In this document: one piece after another, positions 48,055 through 63,467 of the stretch
Numbering within the stretch: the first letter of the stretch is position 1
Layout: the number at the start of each line of letters is the position of its first letter
Source of the DNA: the human T2T-CHM13v2.0 reference genome, Homo sapiens
Reading direction: 5' to 3' (one strand)
Assembly (NCBI RefSeq): GCF_009914755.1
Contig: NC_060934.1
Length of the DNA stretch: 64,000 bases
The notes under the pieces: model-generated
The model's input: only the letters and a program-made list of their open reading frames with translations
Told to the model about the DNA's origin: nothing
Databases searched by the model: none
Position numbers and translations under genes: made by a program

Positions 48055-48695
48055 CTTTTTTTTTCTTTTTTAATTGAGATAGAGTCTCACTCACAGGTTG
48101 CCCAGGCTGGAGTGCAGTGGTGAAATCATAGCTCACTGCAGCCAAGAGTTCCTGGCCTCAAGCGATCCTCCTGCCTCACCATCCCTAATAGCTGGAATTA
48201 CCAAGCTAATTTTTTTAATTATTTTAATTTTTACTTGTCATTTTTTATTGTTTTGAGACGAGGGTCTCATTATGTTGCCCAGACTGGTCTCAAATTCTTG
48301 GCCTCAAGTGATCCTCCCAACTTGGTCTCCCAAAGTGCAGGATTACAGGTGTGAGCCACTGTGCCCTACTATCTTCTTCATCTTCTTCTTCTTTTTTTTT
48401 TTTTTTTTTTTTTTTGAGACAGAGTCTCCCTCTGTCACCCAGGCTGGAGTACAGTGGTGCAATCTTGGCTCACTGCAACCTCCGCCTCCTGGGTTCAAGT
48501 GATTCTCCTGCCTCAGCCTCTTGAGTAGCTGGGATTACAGGTGCACGCCACCAGGCCCAGCTAATTTTTGTATTTTTAGTAGAGATGGGGTTTCACCATG
48601 TTAGTCAGGCTGGTCTCGAACTCCTGACCTCGTGATCTGCCCACCTCGGCCTCCTAAAGTGCTGGGATTACAGGCTTGGGCCACTGCGGCCGGCC
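48055..48695 (-). mobile_element. Tandem AluJ (48055-48366) and AluSg/Sx (48385-48695)
   Basis: Two antisense dimers. Confidence 0.9.
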
Positions 48696-49189
48696 CAAAT
48701 CATCTTCTTAAACTAAATTCAGAGGGATCAGAAGTAACTCTGATGTTAATATGGGTTTAGTAGCTACCGCTATGATAGCTGATTAATAGGCAGTAAACAG
48801 CTGAGGCCAAAACATGCAAATATAACTGCACCCGTGTGTGTAGGTCACTTAGGATAGGAAAGCAATACTAAGAGACAGCTCCTTTTAGATAAACTAAATA
48901 ATAAGATTAAGATACAGAGTGAAAAGCTGGAGGAGCAGGCAGGTAAACTTTCACTGACCAGAGGCAATTCTCTTCAAAGGCTTAGACCTGGGCACAGTAT
49001 TTTTTAGATAGTTACACAGAAAGCCCTCTTAACCTGAAATCCAGGCCTGAAAAATCCCAGTGTGGTGAGGGTTAGTGGCATGAACCAGTTAGTCCCAGGG
49101 AACAGATGTTAAATTGTGTCATGATTATTCAAGAAATGTGCAGCTGCATTACTATTTTACTTGGGACACTTTGTATCCCAAGATTTCTT

Positions 49190-49325
49190 GGTCAGGCCCA
49201 GTGGCTCATGCCGGTAATCCCAGCACTTTGGGAGGCTGATTCGAGAGGATGGCTTGAGGCCAGGAGTTGGAGATCAGCCTGGGTAACATAGTGAGATCCT
49301 GTGTCAAAAAAAAAAAAAAAAAAAT
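49190..49325 (+). mobile_element. FLAM_C
   Basis: Monomer with A tail. Confidence 0.82.
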
Positions 49326-50035
49326 TAAATTAAATTAAAGATTACTTTACCATAAGGAGATTTTTAAAAAATTGTTTGTCTGTTTTAATTCCATAAGGCT
49401 GGCTGGCTGTGTGTTACATCAGAGGTGCTCAAAAGGGAAAAATGTCCTTTAAGGTTGTTATTTATATTTGTTGACATTTATTGATTGCTTTTGATGAGCC
49501 AAGCACAGTACTAAACAAATTTTGTGCGTATTGTCTCACATAATCCACATAACATATGAGCTAGATACTAATATTAAACTCATGTCAGTCCTCCCAACAA
49601 CCCTATGAGGTTGGTTACTATTATAAGAACCATTTCACAAATAAAGAACTTTCCCCAAGGACACATAGCAAATAAGTGGGAAGAGTCAGAGTCTAAACTA
49701 AAGTTTGTTATAATTCTAAGCTTGAACTCCTGCTCTATGTATAAGGAAATACAAGGGAAGGGCTCTCAAGTGTGCATGGCCTCAGAAAGAGAAAGCCTCA
49801 TCTCACAAGCATAAAGCTGCATGGACCTTGGAGATCTCTAGACCAACTTTCTGATCATCCAGATAGGGAAACTAAGGCACAAAACTCTTGATCACACACT
49901 TAGTAGCAGAGCCAGGAAGCCTGAGCAGGACTTCCGGACTCACAGGCTTCCTGGCTAACAGGCCAGTTGTTTTTCCATTGCCGTCTGTACTTGTGTACAT
50001 TGGAAGTGTACCTGCCAACAAGAGGATGATTGTGA

Positions 50036-50446
<411 letters not shown>

Positions 50447-51109
50447 AGAAAAAAGATAATGGTTGAAAGCCTTCCATTATTGGAAACTAAGCTTTTCCTC
50501 CTCAGCATTGTCAGTTCCTGATCTCCCACCCTTCTTTCACTTAAGCTTAACTTTACGTGTCTCTGAGCAAGAATTCCATGTCTAAAGCTATTACAGAAAT
50601 ATACCCATTGTTTCTAAATATCATTTAAAAAATTCTAAATGTATAATCTAGACAAAATGTTTGACTAAGAGCACGCAGTTGCCATGGTATTCAAGACAGC
50701 ATCTACAGCACACAAACACATGCCTAATATAGTTGTTTCGAATTACAATAGAAAGCTGCAGGCAGTGAATTCAGGTAGGGTGAGGCGATGAAAAAAATAG
50801 AACATACTTCATGATTTTTTCACTGTTTTCAAAACCATCATTTCCAACTGCTGCCAATATCATAACTGCCATCATCTATAGTCACAGGACTGGCATTTGC
50901 TTCTGTTTATTGGGAGCATCTGGGGCCTGTGTCACTGTTAGCTATAAATAGATGATCCTCAAAACTACTTATTGACTACTTATGTAGAGCAAATGCTCGG
51001 TCACTAAACATGCAAGTATTATCTTGTCGGGGTACAGAAGGGAATGTCACAGCTTGGCTGAGAGAGAAGGACTTTATTTCATTTATTTTATTTGTGGGTT
51101 TTTTTGTTG

Positions 51110-51693
<584 letters not shown>

Positions 51694-51774
51694 TTAGCAT
51701 CAGCTGTAAGAGAGGAACTTTACACAAAGAGGAGCCCCTGGCTTTCAGAAGGTGTCCTGGCAGCAACAGCTGGG

Positions 51775-52395
<621 letters not shown>

Positions 52396-52594
52396 CTACC
52401 TCCTCATAGCATGTAATAGATGTTTCAATTATTTTATCTGTTTACTTTTCCTTGCAACCGCTCAACTGGCGGGTAACTTTTCAGAGAACAGAGACCATGT
52501 TTATCCTGTTCTCTACTTTATTCAAAGTTCATAGCTTTATCTGGGATATGGTAAATGTTCAAGATTTTCTGAATAAATGAATCAATATGAGGGG

Positions 52595-52977
52595 TGTATT
52601 AGTCTGTTCTTGCATTGCTGTAAAGAACTACCTAAGACTGGGTAATTTAAAAAAAAAAAAACAGAGGTTTAATCGACTCACAGTTCCACAAGCTGTACAG
52701 GAAGCATGACTTGGGAGTTGTCAGGAAACTTACAATCATGGCGGAAGATGAAGGGGAAGCTCGCACATCTTACACAGCTTGAGAAGGAGGAAGAGGGCAA
52801 AGTGGAAGGTGCCGCACACTTTTAAACAACCAGATCTCGTGAGACTCACTATCTCAAGAACAGCAATGGGGAGTCTGCTCCCATGATTCAATCACCTCCT
52901 ACCAGGCCCCTCCTCCAACACTGGGGATTACAATTCCATGTGAGATTTGGATAGGGACACAAATCCAAACCATGTCA
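52595..52977 (-). mobile_element. MSTA/B solo LTR
   Basis: tgtattagtctgttcttgcattgctgtaaagaactacc...caaaccatgtca. Confidence 0.88.
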
Positions 52978-53381
52978 GGGGGAATTCATATTCCCTGGTT
53001 TCCTCACATCTCTCTTATATATCCAGGAAGCCAGCATTTAGATACTAATCTTGCTGTGGGGAGGAACTCGTCTCTTGTAACTATTAATGTACACTGGAAA
53101 ATGTACATAAAAGCACTTTGTAAACCATACTTAATCCTACTGTAGCATTACTGTTAGTGGCCATGACAATTTGGCCTCCAAAGTTTGGATTTCACCTGTT
53201 CCCAAACGGCTGTGAAGATGTTTGCCTATTTCCCTGTTCTACAGTATATCACTTTAAAAATAAATTTTCTTGTTTTGCTCTCTGACCACAAAAGCAATAT
53301 CTACATATTTTGGTATTTGCAATTTGGTATTTGGAAACTTTGAAAAATATAAACAAATATAAATATAGATAAATATAAATT

Positions 53382-53510
53382 AGGCTGGGGTGGTGGCTCA
53401 TGCCTGTAATCCTAGCACTTTGGGAGGCAGAAGCAGGTGGATTGCTTGAGCCCAGGAGTTTGAGACTAGCCTGGGCAACATAGTGATACCTTATCTCTAC
53501 AAAAAAAGAA
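53382..53510 (+). mobile_element. FLAM_C
   Basis: Monomer. Confidence 0.82.
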
Positions 53511-53943
53511 TTGTTTTTAACTTAAAAAAAGAAAGGAGAAGAAAATAAACTGGCATTCTATTCTCAAAGCAGATTCCTTTTCCCCCAAATTGAGTTTAAG
53601 CCACCTCCTGGTTTGAAAGTTAAGGCTCAGTATTTCAGTATTTAGAGACTTAAAGAGAAATGCAAAGTATATTAGATGCTTAAAAAAGAAATTTTGAAGG
53701 TATTTGGTGAGAGGACCCAGGAATGCCAGAATCCTGCCTTGCCAGTATCCCATCACCTTTTTCCGTCTCTTAGGACCCCTCCACCTACCTTGAGTAATGG
53801 CCACAGGAAACAAGATTTCTCTTTATTTGTTATGCTTGAGTTTCAGAGAACCCTGGTAAAGCTGCATTCAACTCTGCAGTTAGGCTGGAGAAATGAGACA
53901 GGTAGGGGTAGAGAGGAGGGGACTAAAGGGGAAAGGTATTTTC

Positions 53944-53976
<33 letters not shown>

Positions 53977-54038
53977 TTATATGCTATATATAAAGAGAGA
54001 GCATATGCTTATATATACGTGTGTGTGTGTGTGTGTGT
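53944..54038 (+). repeat. (TG)n/(TA)n compound microsatellite
   Basis: Two TG runs separated by a TA-rich spacer. Confidence 0.9.
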
Positions 54039-54214
54039 GGACCTTGATGGAAAGTCCTTTCATTAGCTTTCCCAGTGAATTGAACTCCTTTGAAAGTGTT
54101 CTTCTGGCTAAAATGTATGTATTGGGAAGGCATTTCTTTCAATTGTGTATCTCTTTTTTCTCTTGCAAAATCAAGCCATCCATTTATCAGGTAAAAATAA
54201 TTATCAAAAGCTTT

Positions 54215-54384
54215 TTAATTGCTTTTTTCCTTTTATTCTTTCTTTCTTTTTTATTTTAATAGGTTTTTGAGGAACAGGTGGTGTTTGGTTACATGATTAA
54301 GTTATTTAGTGGTGATTTCTGAGATTGTGGTGCATCCATCACCTAGGCAGAGTACCCTGCACTCAATGTGTAGTCTTTTATACC
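54215..54384 (-). mobile_element. Short L1PB-type 3' end
   Basis: gaacaggtggtgtttggttacatga...gtgtagtctttta; TSD ttatcaaaag at 54201 and 54385. Confidence 0.8.
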
Positions 54385-54422
54385 TTATCAAAAGTTTAAC
54401 AATAGAAAAATTGCACATATCA

Positions 54423-54610
54423 GACTGGGCACGGTGGCTCACGCCCATAATCCTAGAACTTTAAGAGGCTGAAGCAGGTGAATTGCTTGGGCCCCGGAGT
54501 TTGAGACCAGCCTTGGGAACATGGTGAAACCCCATCTCTACCAAAAATACACACACACACACACAAATTAGCCAGTCTCATAAGTCGGTTTCAAAATAAA
54601 TAAATAAATA
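54423..54610 (+). mobile_element. Alu left arm with truncated right arm
   Basis: TSD aaaattgcacatatcag. Confidence 0.85.
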
Positions 54611-54692
54611 TTGTTAAAATTGCACATATCAGTGTCATTGTTCTAATGTCCTGCTAGTGAACAAAAATGTTAGTTGATACCAACAAGCAAGG

Positions 54693-54827
54693 ATGTAAGT
54701 AATATACAGGCACTTTAGGACCATTCACAACCATTATTGCCCACTAAAATTTAACAGACTCTCTGTACTTATGTATGACGTTAATTGTGTGTTAAACTGA
54801 TAAAACTTGGGTTGTTAAAACTCTAGC
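54693..54827. repeat. 135-bp diverged direct repeat, copy 1 (unidentified)
   Basis: Aligns by hand to 55841-55973 with 23 mismatches and one 2-bp gap. Confidence 0.88.
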
Positions 54828-55288
54828 GTGTCATATCACTCTAACCATCTGGTTGATCTAATAAATCCCAGAAGTCTCTATGATGTCATCAGCAGCCAAT
54901 GAGAGTGTCTGTTGGCATGCAGTCACTGCGCGAAATAACTGTTTACTCCCTACCATATGCTTGGTACACACTGAGCATTGTCCCAAGAAAGATGAACGAA
55001 TGCCTTTCTGGAGAGCTCATAGTGAATTACCGGTGTGATAACCACACTGTTAACATACTCCAAGCAAAGGAATTGGTATTTAACTAGTTTGTGTAACCTT
55101 ATGAAACTATGGTTTCATTCATCTTTTTAAAATATTAAAAATAGCTCTAAATCTCCATTTCTATCATCCTGGACTCCTGATGGGAACTGCTGTTAAAGCG
55201 CAAGCTTCAGCAGCACTGACACCAATGTGTCAGCAAGTCAATCTCCATTTTCACTTTTATTATGCCTGTGGATTTAGAAATTTATTAA

Positions 55289-55572
55289 GGCTGGGCACAG
55301 TGGCTCACACCTGTAATCTCAGCACTTTAGGAGGCCAAGGCAGAAGAATCACTTGAGCCCAGGAGTTCAAGACCAGCCTGGGCAACTCAGACCTCATCTC
55401 TACAAAAAAATAAAAAAATTAGCAGGGCGTGGTGGTGCACACCTGTATTCCTGGTTATTCAGGATGCTGAGATGGGAGGATTGCTTGAGTCCGGAAGGTA
55501 GAGACTGCAGTGAGTCATGATCACACCACTACGATCCAACCTGAGTGACAGAACAAGATCCCAAAAACAAAC

Positions 55573-55618
<46 letters not shown>
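55289..55618 (+). mobile_element. AluJ with (CA)n tail
   Basis: Dimer followed by a CA run at ~55576-55618. Confidence 0.9.
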
Positions 55619-55624
<6 letters not shown>

Positions 55625-55840
55625 ATATGCGAAACTCTTAGTTATCAGTTATAAAATGAGGAGAAACATAATAAACTATTTTAAAGTTACGAAACATCTC
55701 TGAACTCAGTGGTATTGCCTGTATACCGGGAGCAAAGTGATCCTAAGTGTCAAACTAGATCCCAGATGGTAAAGTCCTTACAGAGGTTTTTCTTAAGATG
55801 GTTTTGCATGCAAAACTTCATTATCAGTGGTATAATTTAA

Positions 55841-55973
55841 ATGTAAGTAATATACAGACACTTCAGCACAGTTCACTGCTATTATTGTGCACTAAAATTT
55901 AAGTCACTCTATGCTTTTGTATGATGTTAATTATGTGTTATCTTGATAAAATGTGGGTTGTTGAAACTCTAGC
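55841..55973. repeat. 135-bp diverged direct repeat, copy 2 (unidentified)
   Basis: Paired with 54693-54827. Confidence 0.88.
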
Positions 55974-56000
55974 ATACTATCTAAGAACTTTATGTATTAA

Positions 56001-56153
<153 letters not shown>

Positions 56154-56498
56154 AAGACCCCACTTTCTATTCTTCACAAATATGCTTACTACAGTTCACT
56201 TAGGCATTCAAACAATTAATGATTGACCTCTCTCAACTGGATAAATACAATATTTATAGGATAATACACTCTCCTTTTAATTGACAAGGTTTTTAGATGG
56301 GTCCTAGAAATGTCACTCAAGAAAAGCACTAAAAGACCTTCAGAATCAACATGAATTAAGACGCATCTTCATCACAATAGATACTGAGAATAGATCTCAA
56401 GATGTATTCATGAGACTAAATGGAATTTACTTTCTTCCCAGGAAAGTCTTTAGACTGAAAAAGGCAATATGTATGACACGCCAGTTAAAAGAATGCCA

Positions 56499-57113
<615 letters not shown>

Positions 57114-57129
57114 GAGTGTGTCCTCTGGA

Positions 57130-58062
<933 letters not shown>

Positions 58063-58820
58063 TCAGATAATTTCTCAAGCAGTGGATTGAGAAAAAGTTG
58101 ACTCCCTTCTCTGCCTGCCATTTTTTTTAAGCTTGTTTGTTTTTAAATAAAGGTCATTTGATCTTGCTTTTATTATTGAGTAAATAGAGATCCACTAGAG
58201 TGCCTTTCTCCCTAGCGGGTTTTTCAGTAATATGAAAACTGCTGTGTGGCTAAAACCTTGCTTCTTGGGACGAGTATTTTTTTAAGTATCAAATAAAGAC
58301 CGATAGAATTTAGTGATATACTAAGAATATTCTGCCTTTGTCTTTGCTATCATACTCAGAAAGAATCCATTAGACTAATCAATATAATGTTATGGTTGCC
58401 AAGTTGCAAAGTACCATATCCCTAAGGTTGATGCGAAGCGACCACAGTTTTAGCAATGCTTCTTGACTCATCTTTTATCTCTGAGTCATTTGTCACCACC
58501 CAAACTCTTGCCAAAGTTAATCCCCTTCTGAGAAAATGCCCAAGTAAATGATACAGTGTGGTATTTTTGAGTCTCTGATCTCACTTCAAGAGCCAGAGAT
58601 GGAGAAAAATCTCTGTCTGGAAAAAACAAAAAGGAAAAGGAAAATCACAGTCAAAAGGAAGCCCTGCAGAAAAAGAGAAGTTGCTATTTTCCATCAACTA
58701 TTTTGAGATCATTTGTTTCCCTATCCCTGTGTTCTTTTGTTTTCTAAGCTTAGCTCTGGAGGAGCATGAGTGCCTAGAATGGGAAGGAGAGATCACATTC
58801 AGATTTAAAAGAAAAATAGA

Positions 58821-59130
58821 GGCCGGGCACGGTGGCTCACACCTGTAATCCCAGCACTTTGGGAGGACGAGGTGGGTGGATCAGCTGAGGTCGGGAGTTC
58901 GAGAACAGCCTGACCAACATGGAGAAACCCCGTCTCTATTAAAATTACAACATTAGCAGAGTGTGGTGGTGCTGAGGCAGCAGAATTGCTTGAACTCGGG
59001 AGGCGGAGGTTGTAGTGAACCGAGATCGCCCCATTGCACTCCAGCCTGGGCAACAAGAGTGAAACTCCATCTCAAAAAAAAAAAAAAAAAAGAAACAAAC
59101 AAAACAAAAAGAAAAGAAAAGAAATAAAGA
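58821..59130 (+). mobile_element. AluSp with internal deletion
   Basis: gtcgggagttc, ctgaccaacatggagaaacc, caacaagagtgaaact. Confidence 0.9.
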
Positions 59131-59250
59131 AATAAATGTTTGAGATGATGGATATGTTAATTACCCGGATCAGATCACTGTACATTGTTTGTATTGCAAT
59201 ATTACTATGTACCCTATAAATATGTACAATTATTACATGTCAATTTCAAA
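59130..59250 (+). mobile_element. L1MA-type extreme 3' end
   Basis: ataaatgtttgagatgatggatatgttaattaccc...tatgtacaattatt. Confidence 0.75.
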
Positions 59251-59522
59251 AGTTAGAGAAACAGGAAAAAAAGCAATAGAGCCAGTTAAAGGAAAGTGCC
59301 ACATTTTGAGGAAGGAGGTAGGAGAATGAAAAAGTTTTGGAGACAAGAGTGTGTTGTGTCATGGAGAAAGAAATGACAGAGAAGAGACCAAGAGGAAAGA
59401 GGAAAAGGATGAGAGGGTGATGGAGCCTGAGAGAGTAGAGACTTGTTCTAGTCAGTACTTCAACTGAGCATAATATGCCTCTTCATTCTTTTTTAACAGC
59501 TTTATTAAGATATCACTCACAG

Positions 59523-59839
<317 letters not shown>

Positions 59840-60363
59840 TCACATGCCATGAAGTCTACCAGTTAAAGGCGTCTATTCAATGTTGTAAAATATATTTACA
59901 GCATTGTGCAACCATCACCATAATCTAATTTTAGAACATTTCTATTGTCCTAAAAAGAAAACTTGTACCTATTAGCAATCACTTCTCACTTCCCCATTCT
60001 CCCTCCAGTCCTAGGCAACTGCTAAATCTATTTTCTGTCTCTTGTAGATTTGACTATTCTGAACATTTCATGGAAATCAGATCTTACATTTGTGGTTATT
60101 TTTGACTGACTTCTTTCACTTAGGTCAATGGTTTTGAGGTTCATCTATGTTGTAACCTACATCACTACTTATTCTATTGCTAATTTTCCATCGTGTTTTA
60201 TGTCACACTTTATTTATCCATTCATCAGCTGATGGATATTTGAGTTGCTTTCAGTTTCTGAGTTTTATAAATAATGCTGCTATGAACATTTGTGTCTGAT
60301 TTTTTGTGTGTACATGTTTTCACTTCTCTTGTGTGTATAGCTAGGAGTGAAATTCTTATGTCA

Positions 60364-60672
<309 letters not shown>

Positions 60673-61224
60673 TCATATGGTAACTCTCTATTTATCCTTT
60701 TGAGGAACTACCAAATTGTTTTCCAAAGTGGCTGTACCACTTCGCATTCCCACCTGTACTATATAAGAGTTCTAATTTCTTTACATACTGGCCAGCACTT
60801 CTTATTGTCTTGTTTCTTAGACTTTATTGAGACATAATTCACATACAATACAATTCACCCACTAAAGATGTTTAGTATATTCGCAGAGTTATCAACCACC
60901 ACCATAACCAATTTTAGAACATTTTCATCATCCCAAAAAGAAACCTGTACTCATTAGAAATCACTTTCCATTTCCCCCAACTTTTCCATTCCCCAGCCCC
61001 AGGCAACCAACTAACCTACTTTCCCTCTCTACAGACTTTTAATTATGGGCTTTTGATTATAGGCAGTTGAATGGGTAAGACACGGTAGCTTCTGGTTTTC
61101 ATTCACATTTCCATAGAGATTAATGGTGCTAAGCATCTTTTCATGTGCATATTAGCCACTCATACATTTCCTTTGGAAAAATGTTTCTTAAGATCTCTTG
61201 CCTATTTTTAAAATTTGGGTTGTC

Positions 61225-61677
61225 TTTTTGGTTTTTGTTTGTTTGATTCTGTGTGTTTTTTGAGACAGGGTCTCACTCTGTTGCCCTGGCTGGAGTGCAG
61301 TGGTGCTATCACAACTCATTACAGTCTCAACCTCTCCAGGCTCAGCTGATCCTCCCACTTCAGCTTCCCAAATAGCTGGGACTACAAGCTTGTGCCACCA
61401 TGTCTGGCCAAACTGCTTTATTTTTTGTAGAGATGGAGTCACACCATATTGCTCAGAGTGGTTTCTCACACCTGGGCTCAAGCAATCCTCCCACCTCAGC
61501 TCCCCAAGTAGCTGGGGCTACAGGCATGCACCACCACCCCCGGCTAATTTTTATATTTTTGTAGAGATGGGATCTCACTATGTTGCCTAGGCTGGTTTTA
61601 AACTCCTGGGCTCAAGAGATCCACCCACCTTGGCCTTCCAATGTGTAGGGACTATGAGTGTGAGCTACCTTGCCCAG
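61225..61677 (-). mobile_element. Compound AluJ (about 1.5 elements)
   Basis: Antisense arm sequences repeated in tandem. Confidence 0.82.
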
Positions 61678-61863
61678 CAATCTTCTTTTTGAGTTGTAAG
61701 AGTTCTTTATACATTTTGGATAAATTCCTTATCAAATTTAATTTGCAAACATTTTCTCCCATTCTGTGGACTTTCTTTTCACTTAGTAATGTATTCTTTT
61801 GACACTCCTTATTATTCCTGGCAACTCCACCTCTTCAGTCCAGCTTGAAGCCACATCTGCAGG

Positions 61864-62838
61864 TCTGACTCTCCTCTTATTCCTCAAACTTCAGCATCCT
61901 TACTTGCAACCCTTCCTATTTATTTTATTTTATTTTTTTCAGGTAGGCAGTCTAATAGTCAATTTCCACTTTCTTATACCTCTTTTTCTCCAAAAACAAG
62001 TAGTACTGACAAATTCACCTGCTCTAAACCCTTGGATGCCTTTAGAAATTAGGAGCTCAGAGTGCAGTGTGGAGGTCCACAGTCTAAAAACAGCAAGGCT
62101 CCTTTATTTGTAACACGGAATGTATTCAATTTTCTACTTGGGAAAAGATTGTAGATCTTTGGTCCAAAAACATCATCAGAAGGCTGAGGGCCCTTTTCTC
62201 CTTTTTATGCTTTAATTTTGAACTAAATCATTATTTGAGTACTTCTAACATTTAAAAAAAAAATCAACGACACTGAATAATTTTTACCACCAAAGAATAG
62301 AAATATAACCAGGCATATATGGTATATATATAAGTTAATTTAAAGATTTCTAAATTAGATATGATGCAGTTGGCTGGGCGCTGTGGCTCACGCCTGTAAT
62401 CCCAGCACTTTGGGAGGACGAGGTGGGTGGATCACGAGGTCGCGAGATCGAGACCATCCTGGCTAAAACAGTGAAACCTCATCTCTACTAAAAATACAAA
62501 AAAATTAGCTGGGCCTGGTGGCGGGCACCTGTAGTGCCAGCTACTCGGAGAGGCTGAGGCAGGAGAATGGTGTGAACCCGGGAGGCAGAGCTTGCAGTGA
62601 GCTGAGATTGTGCCACTGCACTCCAGCCTGGGCGACAGAGCAAGACTCCGTCTCAAAAAAATAAATAAATAAATAAATAAAAATAAGAATAATAAAAAAA
62701 GATATGATGCAGTTAATCATACTAATTACTAATCTGATTCTCCTCTTATGCTTCAAAATTCAGCATCGTTACTTGCAACTCTTCCTATTCATTTTATTTT
62801 ATTTTTTGCAGACTAATAGTCCATTCCCACTTCCTTAT
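61864..62838. repeat. Diverged ~110-bp direct repeat pair (61864-61977 and 62733-62838)
   Basis: tctga(c/t)tctcctcttat...ttcagcatc.ttacttgcaac.cttcctatt.attttattttatttttt.cag...ctaatagtc.att.ccactt.cttat. Confidence 0.85.
62372..62700 (+). mobile_element. AluY
   Basis: Y diagnostics; TSD agatatgatgcagtt at 62357-62371 and 62700-62714. Confidence 0.93.
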
Positions 62839-63026
62839 TTATCTGCCCTATGTAGTTCTAAACATACCTACAAATATATGTCTCTCCCCTGTGACAAGAT
62901 ACATTTAAATAAAGTTACTTTATTAATAAAAAAATTAATTAGGGATACTATGATTATAATATTTAGGAAAGAGGGAAACTAACTATGGATCATCTGGATC
63001 ATCTTTTTAAAAAATTATATAATTCA

Positions 63027-63320
<294 letters not shown>

Positions 63321-63467
63321 TATAATGTAATATAATAATATATAATTCATAAGCTGGGCATTCAAAAATCTCGAATACATTTGTTGAAAATGTGCTTAGT
63401 GAAGAAAGAACATCAAGTTTACATAACTTGATGTCTATAAATGTACTACTAAAAAATTAATTATAAT

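Noticed and set aside
54693-54827. Duplicated coding exon
   Set aside because: Stops in the frames checked, a 2-bp indel between copies, and a synonymous fraction close to neutral expectation.
55175-55240. Hammerhead ribozyme (CUGAUG start)
   Set aside because: No GAAA core after stem II and no closing three-way junction.
54694-55974. Miniature LTR retrotransposon formed by the 135-bp repeats
   Set aside because: No primer-binding site, polypurine tract or matching TSD on either strand.
58190-58220. CTCF-like ccactagagtgcc
   Set aside because: Mismatch in the core GGC and no other support.
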